The translations under genes were made by a program, and so were the position numbers. DNA of 64,000 bases from assembly GCA_043228905.1 (NCBI GenBank), contig JBHGNT010000001.1, positions 11,098,001-11,162,000 on the forward strand, written 5' to 3'. This DNA comes from Azolla caroliniana (lineage: Eukaryota; Plantae; Polypodiophyta). The stretch's first letter is position 1; each line of letters starts with the position of its first letter. Below the pieces are notes generated by a model, which saw only the letters and a program-made list of their open reading frames with translations, was not told the origin of the DNA and made no database searches. This document shows, one piece after another, positions 60,438 to 64,000 of this stretch.

Positions 60438-63400
60438 TTATAACCCTAATCCAACTGTTCGTCCATCCCTTCTTCTGAGACCTGCGGTGAATTGCTTCTC
60501 TAGATCTTGTTGCAGCTCTTGCTGTCTCTCCTGCGCAAATACTCCAGATCCTCCATCTCCAACCTTGATTCCTTCTTCTGTAGTTCCTTCCCCTTTCACA
60601 CCCTACAGTGGGGGAGATGTACAGGACACTCAGGCTCTAAAATTGTGTCAGCATTTTGTTATAGGCAAGTTTCAACAAACAGAAAAAACAGGAAAAATCA
60701 CAAAAATACCCATTACCTTGTTGCTTTTTTACCAGAATACCCCTACGCTTAAAATATACATTATGCAGAAACTTAGGGATACTCTGGCAAAAGACACAGG
60801 TATTTTGGTATTTTACCCAAAATAATTATCCTAGGTTAGACAGTTGTTAATAAAAATTGAAGACTAAGATCAGATTTCACATCACTGGTAAAGTATATTT
60901 AAAAAAATGCAGAAAGTGAATCATTGACGTACCATGAGCTTCTTAAATTTCTCACGACGGTCACCATCAGCAAACTCGACTGTATCCCATCTTATAGTTC
61001 CAGTTACAGCTGCAGGTTCCTGTAATAAACATCATATTAACTCTTGACTCTGATGAATCTATGTCCTGATACCAAAGATATATGCATTTTTTTACAAGAA
61101 AGACAAAAATATTCTGGATTTTTCTGCAAATTTACTGTACATGTGACTTAGTGAATATGAAATGAAATATGCTTATTTGGGTGTAACAGTTGACATCAAA
61201 TTGCAATTCAGTAATGATTCAAATAATAAAGAACTAAAAAGAAGTATTAGAAGGTAGAACTTGCAGTATAAACAAGCTCACAATAACAAATATACCCATC
61301 CACATAACCCACATAGATACTGGTATTTTAATATATTTTAACTTGTGATTTTGAAAATCATCTTTCAGCTGTGAGCTTCGAGATGACAAGAAAAAAAACT
61401 TTTACATTGCTTTAATTGAAATTTAAGATTTTTAACTTCTTGTAAAATAAGAACATTGACTATTACCTTTACTGTTTGATGCTTGTCTTGGGCAGCATAA
61501 ATTCTTAATGTCAACAAACGTGAAAAGCAATATATACATCAGTAAAATTTCTTAATGCTAGTCTCCAGCTATCACGATTCACTCTAAACACTTTCTATGG
61601 AAAAACATATTGAATGACCAAAAAACGAGAAATATTTTAACCAAGCCAAGTATCTTCGATCAATTCCCCATGTCCCCAAGGCCCAAATTGCATTGGTTAT
61701 CGAAAATAAATAGGCATTATCACCAAGATGTGTACTTTTTTATATCTTTTTTTTTTCCAAAAAACTTTTTTATATCTTTTATGACATTATTTGATAATAA
61801 TAAGTTTCTATTAATTGTTCCTAGGCCAGAGAAGACATAAGAATCTGAATGCAGTCGGTCCAATCGTAAAGTGAATATAGTCAGTTTATAGACCACATGC
61901 TCTTCATGTTGTCAATCCAATTAGCATTGAGTTTTCGTATGTCTGTAGATGTAGGTGTCCGAGAATAAAGATATGCCTTGACAAAGTCATTGTAGGTTGG
62001 GCCTTACATAGTGTTACTTAAAGCCATAGGAGTGTGGATAAGAAAGTGAGCTAATTAAGATATGTTTTTGAAGAGGGGATTCTTTGCAAAATGAGAAACA
62101 CTTTACTTCAAATAAATTATTTTCTTATAACTCACCATTCAATTTAGAACATAAGGACAGTTGTTTCTTCATGCTGAAATACAGCATGAATAATAGTAAT
62201 TACACTCTTTACACGTGTGTGCTCAGTGGAGAAGACTCTGAAAGCTCTATGTAGACATTTTGGTTGATGAAATAGGTTTAAACTGATGGCTATGTTTCTA
62301 GAAGTTGAGCTCTTATTGTTATATTATCTTCTATTCATTATCAATAAACCAAGCACCAAAATGAGTGCCATTCTTTGTCACCAACAAGGAATTGAATTCT
62401 TTATTCGGGAGTAATCTAGATTCATAGATGTAACAGTAAGTTGCAGTGAGCTCAAAATTTTCAGAACATATTTCTTTGTTTATGTATTTTCCAGTGGTGA
62501 ATTTAAGGTAAGGTCAATTGGTGCTTTACCACCTTTGTGAAGCTCCCCAATACAGGTTCATGGCTCCATTCCAGAGATTTGCTGAATGATATTCATCATG
62601 GAGCAAGATTTATCAGAATTAATCTAAAAAGAGGTTTGTTAAAACAAGCCACGTGTTTTTCATGCATCTTTTCAAAACAAATATGTTATCACGACTCCCT
62701 TATATAACTTTTTACTTTTATGTTGGGCCTAACCTAAAGTGAGTTTAAAAGACAGAACATTATATAAGCACACCATTACACCCAATATGAGCTGGACTGA
62801 CCTTTTCATTTTTACTATTTTCGTTAGTACTCTTTAACAATGAGAAATCTGACTCAGCTATACTATAATAACGTTTTCAAATCACAGAAAACAAGAGTAA
62901 CCTACGACTACAATTCAAAAATAAGCAGGTTAGTAATTTCTGCATTTAGAAATTCATTTCTCGCATCTGACATCCCTAAATAAGGAATCACATGTGACAA
63001 GTTTTCAAGAATGAATAAGTTCATAAAGATAGAAACGTTTTACAAATAGAAAGAAGGTTACCTGAGCTTTGCTCTTCCAGAGCATTTTCTTCTTCTCATC
63101 AACAGATTTGAAACCCCCAAGGTTTATGCTAACTAAAGGTCATCATCAAAGAAAAGTAAGAAACATGCCTTGATGATCAGATATCTAAGGAAAGTTTTCC
63201 ATTGGAAATTTGGAAGCAATAGCGCACAAACCTTGTTGTGCAGCTTTTAAAGCTGCTAATCTTGCTGCTTCTGGATCTGGGGTAACCATAGCTCCATCTG
63301 AGGATCCTGATTCCGGACCCCACTTTGATCCCTTAGCCAATTTTTCATCCACGGTTGAAGAAAATTTCTTGGACTCATCGAGATTGTCAGTTCCAAATGG

Positions 63401-64000
63401 CAGTCCTTGTACTGTGAAAGACTCTGATGCTAAACCAAATCTAGAAGAATTTGCTTTTGGTAGTTCACTTCTTTTGTCTCTCTCTTCTTTCTTTGTGCTA
63501 TCTTTACCTTGTATTGTCCTCTCTTTCAAATGGTCAGTTCCTTCATGTCGGCTTGGAGGGCTCTCATCATTTTTTCTCATTGTAGTATCTGATTTCTTCC
63601 CATGTCTCTCCCCCAACTCTTTGTATTCAGTATCCTTGTTTCTGTAATGATTGTCACTATCCTTCTCCTCATCTCTGCTTTTCCTCCGGCTCTCCAATTC
63701 TTTCTTGCACTTATCTCTTTCCATATTCTCAAAGTTCCGACCTTTTCCCTCACTATCATCCCCTATACCACTATTCTCCAATTTTTTTCCATATCGAGAT
63801 CTTTCAAGATCCACATCTGAAGCTTCATCTACTCTTTTCCCACCAGTTTTGTTCCTGCCCAAATGAGTTTCATGGTCTTTAGTCTTGTATCGATCTCGAA
63901 CATCACTTCTATCCTGCCTCTCTCTATCCTGCCTCTCTCTGTCTCTTTCACTTATGTGATTCTCTTTTCTTCTGTGCCTACTCTCCTCAGCACCTCTCTC
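60438..64000 (-). CDS. RSRC2: Arg/Ser-rich coiled-coil protein with C-terminal SMAP domain (RSRC2-like); 5' end outside the window
   Basis: Exons >64000-63232, 63132-63062, 61019-60933, 60602-60438 (TAA). R/D/E/K-rich region, AARLAALKAAQQV, DEKKKMLW, WDTVEFAD.DRREKFKKLMGVK, LQQDLEKQFTAGLRRRDGRTVGLGL*. Confidence 0.9.

Overview
Eukaryotic land-plant nuclear DNA; a non-seed plant such as a fern is likely but inferred (Tcn1-type chromovirus, TE-filled introns). Three spliced host genes: an SMP/C2-domain NTMC2T6-like gene (- strand, 9 exons at 4373-16425, continuing past base 1), a mitochondrial TPR protein like Arabidopsis SSR1/At5g02130 (+ strand, 49080-58958), and the 3' part of an RSRC2/SMAP-domain gene (- strand, 60438 to beyond 64000). 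The ~32 kb between the first two genes is a nested TE stack. It holds a full-length L1 with a 16-bp TSD, an intact very young Copia, an RTE LINE split by LTR insertions, a tRNA-Trp-primed non-autonomous LTR element, an intact Tcn1-like chromovirus with LTRs identical by eye, and a hAT MITE. Most unusual signals: (1) two different LTRs fused tail-to-tail under one 4-bp TSD; (2) a TGTCGTG-terminated LTR family whose 4-bp TSDs centre on CpG; (3) tRNA-like Pol III A/B-box cassettes in three LTRs; (4) a 12-nt self-priming PBS and a -1 frameshift cassette in the chromovirus; (5) an apparently new 72-nt intron flanked by a 20-bp duplication. All alignments were done by eye and no database search was run.
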